A DNA stretch of 64,000 nt from an uncultured Eubacteriales bacterium (GTDB lineage: Bacteria; Bacillota; Clostridia; Oscillospirales; CAG-382). Where the stretch lies: the NCBI GenBank assembly GCA_900551295.1, contig URVJ01000012.1, positions 1,861 to 65,860 on the forward strand. Direction: 5' to 3'. The translations under genes and the position numbers were made by a program. Positions 20,065 to 29,456 of the stretch are shown in pieces (within the stretch, counting starts at the first letter, position 1; the number at the start of each line of letters is the position of its first letter). Under the pieces are notes generated by a model, which worked only from the letters and a program-made list of their open reading frames with translations, was not told where the DNA came from and made no database searches.

Positions 20065-20703
20065 TCAAGAAAGTGAACCATTGTATAGGTTCATAGCGTC
20101 GGCAATTTTTCCGGAAGAAATAAGTTCGGACGCGGATAAAACCTTGTCAAACTCGGTAAAAAGAGTTTTCTGTTCGGCGTCGGTAAATTTTGAGAGCACC
20201 CAGTCGGCAAGATCCATGTCGGCATAAGGCTTTGCGCCGACTCCGACCTTTATGCGCGGAAATGCGTCGCTGCCGAGATGCGAAATTATGGACTTTATGC
20301 CGTTGTGACCGCCGTCGCTGCCCTTTTTGCGTATCCGCAGCCTTCCTACGTCAAGGGATATGTCGTCGTAAATAACCGTAATGTTTTCCGGAGGTATCTT
20401 GTAGAAATTCGCAGCCTCGGCGACAGCCTCTCCCGAATTGTTCATAAAAGTCTGCGGAAGCATGAGCAGGGTTCTCTTTCCGCCCGACATGCACTCTCCG
20501 ACAAGCGCTTTGAACTTTACGCGGTCGATTTTTGCGTTCTTTTTCTGTGAAATATAATCAAGCGAAAGAAATCCCGCATTGTGGCGCGTAAGCCTGTATT
20601 TGTCACCGGGATTGCCGAGTCCTACTATCATATGCGTTACCGGAACTCCGGCACCGCTTGATTCTTTCTGCTCTATCTGCTTAAAAAGCGAAAATATATC
20701 CAT
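20065..20703 (-). CDS. pth: peptidyl-tRNA hydrolase
   Basis: MIVGLGNPGDKYRLTRHNAGF core. An alternative start is the Met of MIVGLGNPG at about 20631. The upstream 24 aa may be an extension. Confidence 0.92.
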   Translation of the reverse strand: MDIFSLFKQIEQKESSGAGVPVTHMIVGLGNPGDKYRLTRHNAGFLSLDYISQKKNAKIDRVKFKALVGECMSGGKRTLLMLPQTFMNNSGEAVAEAANFYKIPPENITVIYDDISLDVGRLRIRKKGSDGGHNGIKSIISHLGSDAFPRIKVGVGAKPYADMDLADWVLSKFTDAEQKTLFTEFDKVLSASELISSGKIADAMNLYNGSLS

Positions 20704-20745
20704 GTTTTATAAAACTCCAAGGGTTATATGCATTTTTTTGTGCTG

Positions 20746-21198
20746 TCACAAGCTTTGATTTATACCGAAAGCCGCCGAAAAAAGCTGCTTTATGCGCTCA
20801 TTCTGTCCCGAAACGTAAAGATAACCGAACAGCGCCTCAAGTCCCGTCGCTCTGCGGTACTGTATTATATCGCCGTGATTTGGCGAAAAGTGCGTTTTTG
20901 CATTTCTGCCGCGCTTGAAAACCGCAGTTTCCTTTTCCGAAAGCAAAGGCAGTATGCGTTCGGCAGCGTCGCTCTGAGCCTCGCACGTTACATACGCCTT
21001 AGACGCCCTTACAAGTCCTCCCGGCTTTACTTCTCCGCTCATATGAAGCACCGCGTCGCGCGCAAGCAGTTCCATGCAGGCGTCGCCTATATATGCAAGC
21101 GTCAATACTCCGTAGCTGTCGGGATTCTTGTCCGCGCCGAACAGCAAAAGCCCGCCGTTCAAAGCGCCGCCATCAAGGCTTTCGGTATTTTTGTCCAT
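20746..21198 (-). CDS. mrnC: Mini-ribonuclease 3
   Basis: LAYIGDACMEL...KRGRNAK...YRRATGLEALFGYLY matches Mini-RNase III. ATG 21198 lies just after the cysS stop. The ORF-track GTG start at 21210 overlaps cysS. Confidence 0.88.
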   Translation of the reverse strand: MDKNTESLDGGALNGGLLLFGADKNPDSYGVLTLAYIGDACMELLARDAVLHMSGEVKPGGLVRASKAYVTCEAQSDAAERILPLLSEKETAVFKRGRNAKTHFSPNHGDIIQYRRATGLEALFGYLYVSGQNERIKQLFSAAFGINQSL

Positions 21199-21202
21199 GT
21201 TC

Positions 21203-22651
21203 TTACACACGTTTCCACTTAGGACCGTTCGGCGTATCCTCTATTACTATTCCGCGCGCTTTAAGCTCGTCTCTTATTCTGTCAGCCTCGGCATAGTTCT
21301 TTGCTTTCTTTGCGTCGGTGCGCTTTGCGACAAGTTCTTCTATTTCCGCGTCGTCGGAATTTCCGGCGCTTTCCTTTTTCTCAAATCCGAACAGCGCAAG
21401 CATATCCGTATATATCTCCCACGCCTTGTCCAGAAATTCAGCGGAAAGATTTTCGTTTGCAAGCGCACGGTTGATGTCGCGCGTAAGCTCAAATACGGCG
21501 GCTATTCCGTCGGCTGTGTTGAAATCGTTATCGAGCGCGTCGCACATCTGCTTTCTTCTGCCCTCAAAGGTGCAAAGCAGATTTTTTTCCTCGTCGGAAA
21601 GAGAACGCAGAACATCGTTTGCCGCAGCCTTTATTCTGAAACCGAGATTTTCCTCGCAGGTGTGCAGTCTTTCAAGCGATACCTTTGCCTGGTGCATTGC
21701 CTCTTCGGAATAGTTTACCGGACTTCTGTAATGAGCCGATATGATAAAGAAACGTATTGTTTCATATCCGTACTTTGCAGCGGCGTCCCTTACCTTAAAG
21801 GATATGCCGGACTTTGACATCTTTACGCCGTCGGTAAGTATATATGCGTTATGAAGCCATATTCTCGTAAATGTAGGATCCGTGCAGCCGCAGCAGCTGT
21901 TATAGCTTTCTGACTGCGCAATCTCGTTTTCATGATGCGGAAACGCAAGGTCTTCTCCGCCTGCGTGTATATCTATATTCGCACCGAGATATTTTCTCGA
22001 CATTGCCGAGCATTCTATATGCCAGCCCGGTCTGCCCTTTCCCCATGGCGATTCCCAGTACGGCTCTCCCGGCTTCGCGGCCTTCCATACGGCAAAGTCA
22101 AGCGGATCTTCCTTTATATCCGAAACGTCTATTCTAGCGCCGCTTTCAAGGTCGTCTATATTCTTATGCGACAGCTTTCCGTAGCCCTTGAATTTGCGCG
22201 TTCTGAAATATACGTCCTTGTCCTCGCTTATTCCGTCGGGACTTACGGCATACGCATATCCGCCCTCTTCGAGTTTCTTTACCATTTCGATAATTTCGGG
22301 AATATTCTCGGTGGCTCTCGGATGGTGCGTCGCCTTTTTTATTCCAAGACCTTCCGCGTCGGTGAAATATTCCTTTATATATTTTTCCGCAACCTCTTTT
22401 ACGGTCGTGCCCTCTGCGTTTGCTTTCTTTATAAGCTTATCGTCGATATCGGTAAAGTTCTGGGTGAAGTTTACCTTATATCCTCTGTATTCAAGGTATC
22501 TGCGCAAAAAATCAAAAATTACAAAACATCTTGCGTTTCCGACATGGAAAAAGTCATACACCGTCGGGCCGCAGGTATACATCTTTACGGTATCTCCGTC
22601 GAGAGGCTTGAGCTCCTCAAGCTGTTTTGTCATGGAATTATAGAGTTTCAT
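21203..22651 (-). CDS. cysS: cysteine--tRNA ligase
   Basis: CGPTVYDFFHVGNAR (HIGH region), KMSKSGISF (KMSKS), and WHIECS. Confidence 0.97.
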   Translation of the reverse strand: MKLYNSMTKQLEELKPLDGDTVKMYTCGPTVYDFFHVGNARCFVIFDFLRRYLEYRGYKVNFTQNFTDIDDKLIKKANAEGTTVKEVAEKYIKEYFTDAEGLGIKKATHHPRATENIPEIIEMVKKLEEGGYAYAVSPDGISEDKDVYFRTRKFKGYGKLSHKNIDDLESGARIDVSDIKEDPLDFAVWKAAKPGEPYWESPWGKGRPGWHIECSAMSRKYLGANIDIHAGGEDLAFPHHENEIAQSESYNSCCGCTDPTFTRIWLHNAYILTDGVKMSKSGISFKVRDAAAKYGYETIRFFIISAHYRSPVNYSEEAMHQAKVSLERLHTCEENLGFRIKAAANDVLRSLSDEEKNLLCTFEGRRKQMCDALDNDFNTADGIAAVFELTRDINRALANENLSAEFLDKAWEIYTDMLALFGFEKKESAGNSDDAEIEELVAKRTDAKKAKNYAEADRIRDELKARGIVIEDTPNGPKWKRV

Positions 22652-22697
22652 GCTGTTTTATCCTTTCAGCCGTTAAAAATTTACGGCTTTTGATTAT

Positions 22698-23366
22698 TTA
22701 TTCTTCCGTTTTGCCTTTGCCGCCTGTTTTTGCTTCTTCAAGCTGTTTTTCAAGGTTATCTATACGGCGGTAAAGCTTGCAAAGCTCCTGCGATACGGGA
22801 TCGGGTATATGGATCTGGTCAAGGTCGTTGCAGACTGTCCTTTTCTTGGCGTCACCGGTATATATTATCCTTGCCGGGACACCGACTGCCGTTGCGTTTT
22901 CGGGTACCGTATCGAGTACGACGGCGCCTGCCGCGATCTTTGCGTTATCGCCGACGGTGAAAGGCCCGAGTACCTTTGCCCCCGAACCTACCATTACGTT
23001 ATTGCCTATTGTCGGGTGGCGCTTTCCCGTATGCTTTCCGGTACCGCCGAGTGTTACGCCCTGATATATGGTGCAGTTATCCCCGACAACAGCCGTTTCG
23101 CCTATTACAACGCCCATTCCGTGGTCAATAAGCAAACCCTTGCCTATTGTAGCGCCGGGATGTATTTCAATTCCTGTCTTATGGCGTGCGTGCTGAGATA
23201 CCCAGCGCGCTATGAATTTCATATCATGTTTAAAAAACCAATGCGCGATTCTGTGATATATTACGGCGTGAAGTCCGGAATAGAGAAAGAACACCTCGGC
23301 GCCGTTTCTCGCAGCCGGATCTCTGTCGCGTATGGCTTTTATATCATATCTGAGATTATCAAACAA
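22698..23366 (-). CDS. cysE: serine O-acetyltransferase
   Basis: IRDRDPAA N-terminal domain and GIEIHPGATIGKGLLIDHGMGVVIGETA hexapeptide region. Confidence 0.95.
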   Translation of the reverse strand: MFDNLRYDIKAIRDRDPAARNGAEVFFLYSGLHAVIYHRIAHWFFKHDMKFIARWVSQHARHKTGIEIHPGATIGKGLLIDHGMGVVIGETAVVGDNCTIYQGVTLGGTGKHTGKRHPTIGNNVMVGSGAKVLGPFTVGDNAKIAAGAVVLDTVPENATAVGVPARIIYTGDAKKRTVCNDLDQIHIPDPVSQELCKLYRRIDNLEKQLEEAKTGGKGKTEE

Positions 23367-23392
23367 AATGCATTTCTCCCAAAAGTTAATTT

Positions 23393-23983
23393 TTACATTG
23401 TTATGTATTTTTTATACGCTTTAAAATAAAGCGCGCCGGAATAAAGAGTAAAGAATATGACGACTGCCATAAAGATATACGTAAGCGGTCTGTAAGTTAC
23501 GAAAAAGTCCGAGAAAGAGAAGATCATGGGTTCGAGTATGAGAAGTTCTATGAAAATACACTGAGAGAACGTCTTTATCTTACCCGGCATTGCGGCTGCT
23601 ATTACAACATGCTCCGCGTTTACCGCAACAAGTCTCATTGACGTTACGGCAAATTCTCTGAAAACAACGACTATCGTCGTAATCACAAGCCAGAGTCTCA
23701 TTTCCTCAAACGCGTATATTGACGCTATGAGCGCGCCGATAACCATGAACTTATCGGCAAGAGGATCCATAAACTTTCCGAAATTTGTGATGAGATTGTA
23801 TTTTCTCGCTATCTTTCCGTCGGCAAAATCCGTTACCGCCGAGAGAAAGAAAACTACCGCCGACACTATATAAAGCGGCACTTTTATATCCTCGTTTCCG
23901 AGTGCGTTCGGAAGCATAAGGCATACTACGAAAATCGGAACCATACATATGCGGAGTATTGTGAGTTTATTCGGCAAATTCAT
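23393..23983 (-). CDS. pgsA: CDP-diacylglycerol--glycerol-3-phosphate 3-phosphatidyltransferase
   Basis: MNLPNKLTILRI start and the DFADGKIARK...G.F.DPLADK CDP-alcohol phosphatidyltransferase motif. Starting at 23983 avoids overlap with rimO. Confidence 0.92.
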   Translation of the reverse strand: MNLPNKLTILRICMVPIFVVCLMLPNALGNEDIKVPLYIVSAVVFFLSAVTDFADGKIARKYNLITNFGKFMDPLADKFMVIGALIASIYAFEEMRLWLVITTIVVVFREFAVTSMRLVAVNAEHVVIAAAMPGKIKTFSQCIFIELLILEPMIFSFSDFFVTYRPLTYIFMAVVIFFTLYSGALYFKAYKKYITM

Positions 23984-24008
23984 AAATAACACTTTTCTTT
24001 CCTTTTGC

Positions 24009-25361
24009 TCAAAGTACCGCTTCGCCGAGAAGGTCATAATCCATAACCTCGGTTATTTTTACGTTTACAAATTCACCCGGTGCGACTTTTCTGTCCTTGG
24101 ACGAAAAATATACTTTACCGTCTATTTCGGGTGCGTCAAATTCGCTTCTGCCGAAATACACGCCGGCTGCCTTGTCAAAGCCCTCGCAGAGGACGGTCAG
24201 AACCTTGCCGACCTGCTTTTTATTGAAAGCCTCATGTATTTCAAACTGATTCTGCATAAGCTTATCCATTCGCTTCTGCTTTGTCTTTTCGGGAACTATG
24301 CCCTCTTTTATCTTTGCCGCGGGCGTTCCATCCTGACATGAGAACGTGAACACGCCGAGTCTTTCAAACTTAATCTCTTTCAGAAACTCCGCAAGCAATG
24401 CGAAATCTTCTTTTGTTTCTCCGGGAAATCCGACTATTACCGTGGAACGGATTACTATGCCCGGCACTTCTTTTCGCAGCAGAGCTATCTTTTCCTTTAT
24501 GAGCGCGCTGTTTCCGCGTCTGCCCATTGCTTTTAAGACCTTATCGGAAATGTGCTGTATCGGAAGGTCTATATATTTTACGACCTTAGGCTCCGACGCT
24601 ATTGTTTTTACAAGGCTTTCCGTAAGCTCTTCGGGGTAACAGTAGAGTATTCTCACCCATTTTACTCCGTCTATCTTACAGACCTCGTGCAGCAGAACGT
24701 CGAGTTTGGGTTCGCCGTAAAGGTCGTTTCCGTATCTTGTGGTGTCCTGGGAAACAAGGATTATTTCCTTTGCTCCGAGAGAAACCATTTCCTTAGCCTC
24801 GGCAACGACGTCCTCGATCTTTCGGCTTCTGAACTTTCCGCGCAGATACGGAATTATACAGTATGTACAGTGATTGTCGCAGCCCTCCGATATTTTAATA
24901 TATACCGAGCTTTCGTCAGTCGTTACAACCCTGTCTCCGCCGAGAGGATGGTTTTCGGGCGCGGTTATGCAGCTGTACTTTGCTTTATCCTTTTTACCGC
25001 CGTTTTCGTAGGCATATTTTACAGCCTCGGTTATTTTCTCTATATCGCCGACGCCCACTATTGCGTCAACCTCCGGCATGAGGTCGAAAATTTCCTCTTT
25101 ATACCGCTGCGAAAGACAGCCGGTGACAACTATGCCTTTAAGATTTCTGTTTTCGCGCAGCCATGCGACGTCGAGAATGGTGTCTATCGCCTCTTGCTTT
25201 GCGCTGTCGATAAACGCGCAGGTATTTACAACCACAACGTCTGCGTTTATATCCTCTTCGACTATTTCGATACCTGCCTTATTAAGCTCCGCGAGCATAA
25301 GCTCCGAATCCACAAGATTTTTTGAACAGCCCAAAGAAACAAACGCGCATTTTATACTCAT
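24009..25361 (-). CDS. rimO: ribosomal protein S12 methylthiotransferase
   Basis: FVSLGCSKNLVDSE (UPF0004 domain), the radical-SAM CDNHCTYC motif, and a C-terminal TRAM domain. AAAGG lies 9 nt upstream of ATG 25361. Confidence 0.93.
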   Translation of the reverse strand: MSIKCAFVSLGCSKNLVDSELMLAELNKAGIEIVEEDINADVVVVNTCAFIDSAKQEAIDTILDVAWLRENRNLKGIVVTGCLSQRYKEEIFDLMPEVDAIVGVGDIEKITEAVKYAYENGGKKDKAKYSCITAPENHPLGGDRVVTTDESSVYIKISEGCDNHCTYCIIPYLRGKFRSRKIEDVVAEAKEMVSLGAKEIILVSQDTTRYGNDLYGEPKLDVLLHEVCKIDGVKWVRILYCYPEELTESLVKTIASEPKVVKYIDLPIQHISDKVLKAMGRRGNSALIKEKIALLRKEVPGIVIRSTVIVGFPGETKEDFALLAEFLKEIKFERLGVFTFSCQDGTPAAKIKEGIVPEKTKQKRMDKLMQNQFEIHEAFNKKQVGKVLTVLCEGFDKAAGVYFGRSEFDAPEIDGKVYFSSKDRKVAPGEFVNVKITEVMDYDLLGEAVL

Positions 25362-25502
25362 TTCAACATACCTTTCTGAAATTCCGGGTTTTATCCGCAT
25401 AAAACTCTGTGCGGATAAAGGTTTACACAATATATTACCACACTATTTTATTAAAATCAAGTGCGCAGCGCTTTTTTGTATGCGCCATAACGTAAATTTT
25501 TA

Positions 25503-25531
25503 TTGAAAATTGCAGCAGCCTATGATAAAAT
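25503..25531 (+). promoter_or_regulatory. sigma-A-like promoter of AraC-family gene (TTGAAA-17 nt-TAAAAT, TGa extended -10)
   Basis: TTGAAA at 25503-25508, a 17-nt spacer ending in TGA, and TAAAAT at 25526-25531. Confidence 0.6.
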
Positions 25532-25535
25532 ACTA

Positions 25536-25581
25536 ATGAATTGCCTGTCGGCATGAATTGAAATTTAAATTTCATGAATTG
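25536..25581 (+). promoter_or_regulatory. conserved leader/operator module, copy A (3 x ATGAATTG plus TGAAAT-TTAA-ATTTCA palindrome)
   Basis: ATGAATTGCCTGTCGGCATGAATTGAAATTTAAATTTCATGAATTG. A near-identical copy lies upstream of agrB (minus strand, 41471-41518). Confidence 0.7.
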
Positions 25582-25616
25582 CGCTATGCGTATGGCAAGT
25601 GTGAGGTAAAACAATC

Positions 25617-26417
25617 ATGATAAACAAAAACAGTTTTCCCGAGCAGAACAAATTCGGCATCTCTATCGAGGACAGCGGATATGCGCTCCTCGACAGCACA
25701 TGGTACAGGGAAAACGAATGCAGTCCGTTCTCAAGGCTGTATTTTATAAAGGGCGGGAGCGGATATTTAAAGAAAGACGGCAAAACAATACCGATAAAAG
25801 GCGGTTTTGTCTATCTCGTTCCGGCAGAATGTCAGTTCTCATACGGCTGCGAAAGTCTTGAAAAGCTCTACTTTCACATCTCGGTCTTAACGTCCGAAAA
25901 ATACGAGCTGCTTGCCGGAATAAAAGAAATATACTGTCTTCCGTTTTCGCAGCAAGAGTTTGACCGTCTTTACGAATGTTACTTTTCAGAGGACTACGCA
26001 CGCCTGCTTGAGCTAAAAAGCACGCTGTATTCGTCGGTATCCGAATTTCTTTCGCTTACGCATTTTTTCGGCGTTCCCATAAAAAGATATTCCGAGACCG
26101 TTGAAAAGGCTATGAAATACATTCAGCACAATCCGCTTATAAGCCTGCGCGCAAAGGACATTTCGGACGCGTTATTCATCTCCGAAAGCAAGCTGCGAAA
26201 AGCTTTCAAGGACGAGACAGGCACGGCTGTCGGCACTTACTCCGATACGATAGTATTCAACATGGCAAAAAGAATGCTTGTCGAAAACAGGCTTTCGGTA
26301 AAGGACATCAGCCGCGTCCTGGGATTCTGCGATCAGTTCTATTTTTCGCGCAGCTTTAAGTCGCGTTTCGGCAAAACTCCGCTGCAATACAGACGCGACA
26401 ACATACGTACCTTATGA
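25617..26417 (+). CDS. AraC-family transcriptional regulator (cupin-like sensor + HTH_AraC)
   Basis: C-terminal dual HTH (ISDALFISESKLRKAFK...ISRVLGFCDQFYFSRSFKSRFGKTPLQYR). GTGAGGT lies 9 nt upstream of the ATG. Confidence 0.9.
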   Translation: MINKNSFPEQNKFGISIEDSGYALLDSTWYRENECSPFSRLYFIKGGSGYLKKDGKTIPIKGGFVYLVPAECQFSYGCESLEKLYFHISVLTSEKYELLAGIKEIYCLPFSQQEFDRLYECYFSEDYARLLELKSTLYSSVSEFLSLTHFFGVPIKRYSETVEKAMKYIQHNPLISLRAKDISDALFISESKLRKAFKDETGTAVGTYSDTIVFNMAKRMLVENRLSVKDISRVLGFCDQFYFSRSFKSRFGKTPLQYRRDNIRTL

Positions 26418-26540
26418 CGCGTATTACATTTTTTTGCAGTTTTTCCTGAAATTTTATGTATTAAGTTTCTATATCTACTTGAAAAATGTTCCGCGATATG
26501 ATAGAATTAATCATAGCAAATTTACAAAGGTGTGATTATT

Positions 26541-27059
26541 TTGAAAAGAAAGAAGATATTGACCGTAATACTCAGCCTTATGATTTCGGCTCTTATGCTT
26601 GCGTTTTCGGTTATTACGGTCGTCGCATATTCGTCCGACGAAGATCCGCTTGTAACGCTCAGTTACTTAAACGAGGTCGTTATACCAAAGCTCAAAGCAG
26701 AGCTGGGCGCATCATCGCAGAACGGAAATAACGGTTCCGGCAGCGTTCAGACAGGCACTTCAGCAAACACCGGCGACGCGTCGGGTACATACGAAACGCT
26801 TGAGCTTGACATCGGCGACACGCTGCTTGCAAAAAGCGCGCTTGAAATAATTGTCCGTCCCGGAAGTATCGTAACTGCGGTAAGTCCTTTCAAACAGCAA
26901 GGCATTGCCGACATTACAAACGGCAACGAGCTTTACGACGGCGACGAATTCGCAATAAACGCCTACTGCATCATTCCGCGCGGAAACGACGGCAGAGGCG
27001 TAAGAGTCTTCAGTGAAAAGGCATACATTCTGATAAGAGGTGAATACGAAATTGGCTAA
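26541..27059 (+). CDS. hypothetical N-terminally membrane-anchored protein
   Basis: AAAGGTG lies upstream of TTG 26541 (ORF-track GTG at 26532). One TM helix, then a G/S/N/T-rich linker, then a roughly 90-aa beta-rich domain. I recognise no family. Confidence 0.6.
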   Translation: MKRKKILTVILSLMISALMLAFSVITVVAYSSDEDPLVTLSYLNEVVIPKLKAELGASSQNGNNGSGSVQTGTSANTGDASGTYETLELDIGDTLLAKSALEIIVRPGSIVTAVSPFKQQGIADITNGNELYDGDEFAINAYCIIPRGNDGRGVRVFSEKAYILIRGEYEIG

Positions 27060-27171
27060 AAAAACTTCTAAATTCTCAAAAAGAGAGATAGCTGTAAGAG
27101 CAATGGCAATAGTTCTCGCCGTTCTCTTTGTTGTAACAGGTCTTATTGCCGTTCTTCCGACATTCTTTTAA
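27052..27171 (+). CDS. unlisted 39-aa tail-anchored small membrane protein (MAKKTSKFSKREIAVRAMAIVLAVLFVVTGLIAVLPTFF)
   Basis: AGAGGTG lies 7 nt upstream of TTG 27052, which overlaps the stop of the preceding ORF. Basic N-terminus plus one TM helix. Below the 60-aa ORF-track cutoff. Confidence 0.45.
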   Translation: MAKKTSKFSKREIAVRAMAIVLAVLFVVTGLIAVLPTFF

Positions 27172-27307
27172 TTGATAAAAGACCTTTCACAGCCGCATAT
27201 GACGCCGGTATATCGTTATTCGGCGCCGCGCAATTAAACCGCATACGACGCATACTTGTTTTATTTTACCGGTATGCGTCTTGTCTTTCACGGAAAGGGT
27301 GAAATAT

Positions 27308-28729
27308 ATGTCCCGCAAAACAAGATTTACGCTTATTTTCGCGCTGCTTTGCGCTTTATTCATGTTTAACGCCTTTGCGGACGGTGTGAGCGCCGAAACA
27401 AAGGTAAGAGTCGGAATTTTCTACTCATCGACGGCTTTCAAAGGACAAGCTGCCGTAAACTCGGAAACCGGCTTTTCGATAGGCGTCTATGACGAAAACG
27501 GCGATTTTTCCGAAACCGCGCTTGATGAAACAGTCAAAAACGCATACGTATACATAAACGACGGCGCACTTGTTTTTGCGTCGGAGGACATGAAAAACGC
27601 GCAAAACAATCCCGACAGCGTAATTTTCCGCGCCGAAAATGGACAGAAACTTGTTCTTCGCCCTGCCGCGCTTTCGGAAAATTCGGACAATAACGCGGCA
27701 GCCGACGCAAATTACAGCGCAGACCTGCCGTACATCGGAATTTCCGGCAAGAAATATCCCGAACTTCTCGAATTCGTAATGGATCCCAACGGCAACATAA
27801 AAGTTATAAACGTCGTCGGGCTTGAACAGTACATAAAGGGCGTTCTGCCGAACGAGGTCTACACATCATGGGAGCCGGAAGCGCTCAAAGCTGCAGCCGT
27901 TGCCACAAGAACATACACCTTAAAGAGTATGCGCGGCAAACATTCCTCCCTCGGCTTTGATCTATGCCCCACTACCGACTGCCAGGTATATGCCGGCGTT
28001 ACCAAAACCGCAAAAAGCACCGACTCCGCCGTTGACGGAACCCACGGACAGGTCTTAACATACAACGGTTCTCTTATAGATGCGGTATATCATGCAATAA
28101 GCGGCGGTACGACCGAAAGCGCATGGGGCGCATGGGGAGGCAACAAAAACGCTCATCCTTATCTTACGGTCGTATCCACTCCGTTTGAAAAATACGGCGA
28201 ATTAAAGCAGGGACACTGGTCATATGTCATTCCGGCAGACACCTTAAAGAGCATTATAAACGCAAAATATCCGGGCAAGCTTACCGGAGACATAAAAAGC
28301 ATTGATTACAGCACCGACGGCGGCGAGTACATTCACACTATGGTAATTACCGACACCGACGGAAAGCAGATAAAACTTACAACATCAAGCGCCGTGCGTT
28401 CGCTGTTCAACAAATACGCGCTCAGCGCAAACTTCACTCTCGGGCGCACCTTTGCTCCGTCCGACGAACAGACGGACGACACCGTAACAGTTATAACCTC
28501 AAAAGGCAAAAGGACTGTTGACGCCGCAGACGGTCTTACGCTTATCACGGCAGACTCAACGGAAAGCTTTTCCGGGCTTTCGGACGTATATTTTCTTAAC
28601 GGCAAAGGCTACGGCCACGGCGTGGGAATGAGCCAGTTCGGCGCACAGTATGCGGCTCTTGAGGGCTACACATACAAGCAGATCCTCGAAACCTACTACC
28701 CCGGAACGCTCATAGTAAGCAAATATTAA
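27308..28729 (+). CDS. spoIID: SpoIID/LytB-domain protein (stage II sporulation protein D-like lytic transglycosylase)
   Basis: YIKGVLPNEV...EALKAAAVATRTYTL...CPTTDCQVYAG...AVYHAISGGTTES...GHGVGMSQFGA. Signal or anchor sequence after ATG 27308 (AAAGGGTG 6 nt upstream). Confidence 0.88.
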   Translation: MSRKTRFTLIFALLCALFMFNAFADGVSAETKVRVGIFYSSTAFKGQAAVNSETGFSIGVYDENGDFSETALDETVKNAYVYINDGALVFASEDMKNAQNNPDSVIFRAENGQKLVLRPAALSENSDNNAAADANYSADLPYIGISGKKYPELLEFVMDPNGNIKVINVVGLEQYIKGVLPNEVYTSWEPEALKAAAVATRTYTLKSMRGKHSSLGFDLCPTTDCQVYAGVTKTAKSTDSAVDGTHGQVLTYNGSLIDAVYHAISGGTTESAWGAWGGNKNAHPYLTVVSTPFEKYGELKQGHWSYVIPADTLKSIINAKYPGKLTGDIKSIDYSTDGGEYIHTMVITDTDGKQIKLTTSSAVRSLFNKYALSANFTLGRTFAPSDEQTDDTVTVITSKGKRTVDAADGLTLITADSTESFSGLSDVYFLNGKGYGHGVGMSQFGAQYAALEGYTYKQILETYYPGTLIVSKY

Positions 28730-28759
28730 GCTCAAAATCAACCGAAAGGACTGTTATAT

Positions 28760-29428
28760 TTGATAATAAACATACTCTCCGGCGACGTCATGGGACAATA
28801 TGCCGACAAGCTCGGCTTTTCCGACAAGGTTATTCCGTTCGGAGAATCAATGATTACCGGACACCCGACAAGCGACATTTTCAGCAAGGAGTTTATTGCG
28901 GAACGCGCCGCAAGTCTGAAAACCACACCCGAAAAGTACAGAAAAAAGATTGTATTTCCGCTTTCAAAGCTGCGTTCGACGGACGAGGTTCACGTATGGT
29001 TCGGCAGAGATATGTACTGCCAGATAAATCTTATAACGGTTCTCGCACTGCTTGAGAAAAGCAGCATAAAATCCGCCGTATTCCATGAGGTTTTCGAGGA
29101 CGACATGGTTGAAAAGTCAAAGACTGAAATATCAACCGACGGTTTTACCGACGCATACAACAGTATTCTCGTAAACAGAGAACCGACCGTGACGGGACTT
29201 GACACGGTAAACTCGGCGCTTGAAATGTATTTTGAGTTTATAAACGCCGAAGGTTCTCTCTGCGACTTTATCCGTGAAAACAAGGACGATTCGGTGCTTA
29301 CGCTGACGCTTAAGATTATACGCTCCTATGCCGAATACGGGCTTGGCGACGTCGCATGCAAAGATTTGATACTGCGTGTGCGCGAAAAGCAGGGCGATAA
29401 TCAAAATGCCGAAGCAGAGGAAAACTGA
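28760..29428 (+). CDS. DUF1835-like protein
   Basis: The N-terminus (INILSGDVMGQ...) and HVWFGRDMYCQINLITVLALL resemble DUF1835 proteins. GAAAGGA lies upstream of TTG 28760. Confidence 0.5.
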   Translation: MIINILSGDVMGQYADKLGFSDKVIPFGESMITGHPTSDIFSKEFIAERAASLKTTPEKYRKKIVFPLSKLRSTDEVHVWFGRDMYCQINLITVLALLEKSSIKSAVFHEVFEDDMVEKSKTEISTDGFTDAYNSILVNREPTVTGLDTVNSALEMYFEFINAEGSLCDFIRENKDDSVLTLTLKIIRSYAEYGLGDVACKDLILRVREKQGDNQNAEAEEN

Positions 29429-29456
29429 GTTTCAGCAAAACAACAACACAAAGGCA

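Noticed and set aside
25390-25419. An inverted pair of DnaA-box-like 9-mers (TTATCCGCA / TGCGGATAA) forming a 10-bp-stem hairpin near the minus-to-plus strand switch. Considered as an oriC signature.
   Set aside because: There are only two boxes, each one mismatch from TTATCCACA. There is no AT-rich unwinding element and no dnaA nearby. It is more simply a hairpin in the rimO 5' UTR.
25536-25556. Mini-ORFs inside the shared module (MNCLSA* in copy A, MNCRSGMN* in copy B), considered as leader peptides.
   Set aside because: Neither has a Shine-Dalgarno. Their distances from the -10 differ between the two copies, and the peptides diverge after 3 residues. The nucleotide-level paired changes fit an operator or RNA stem better.
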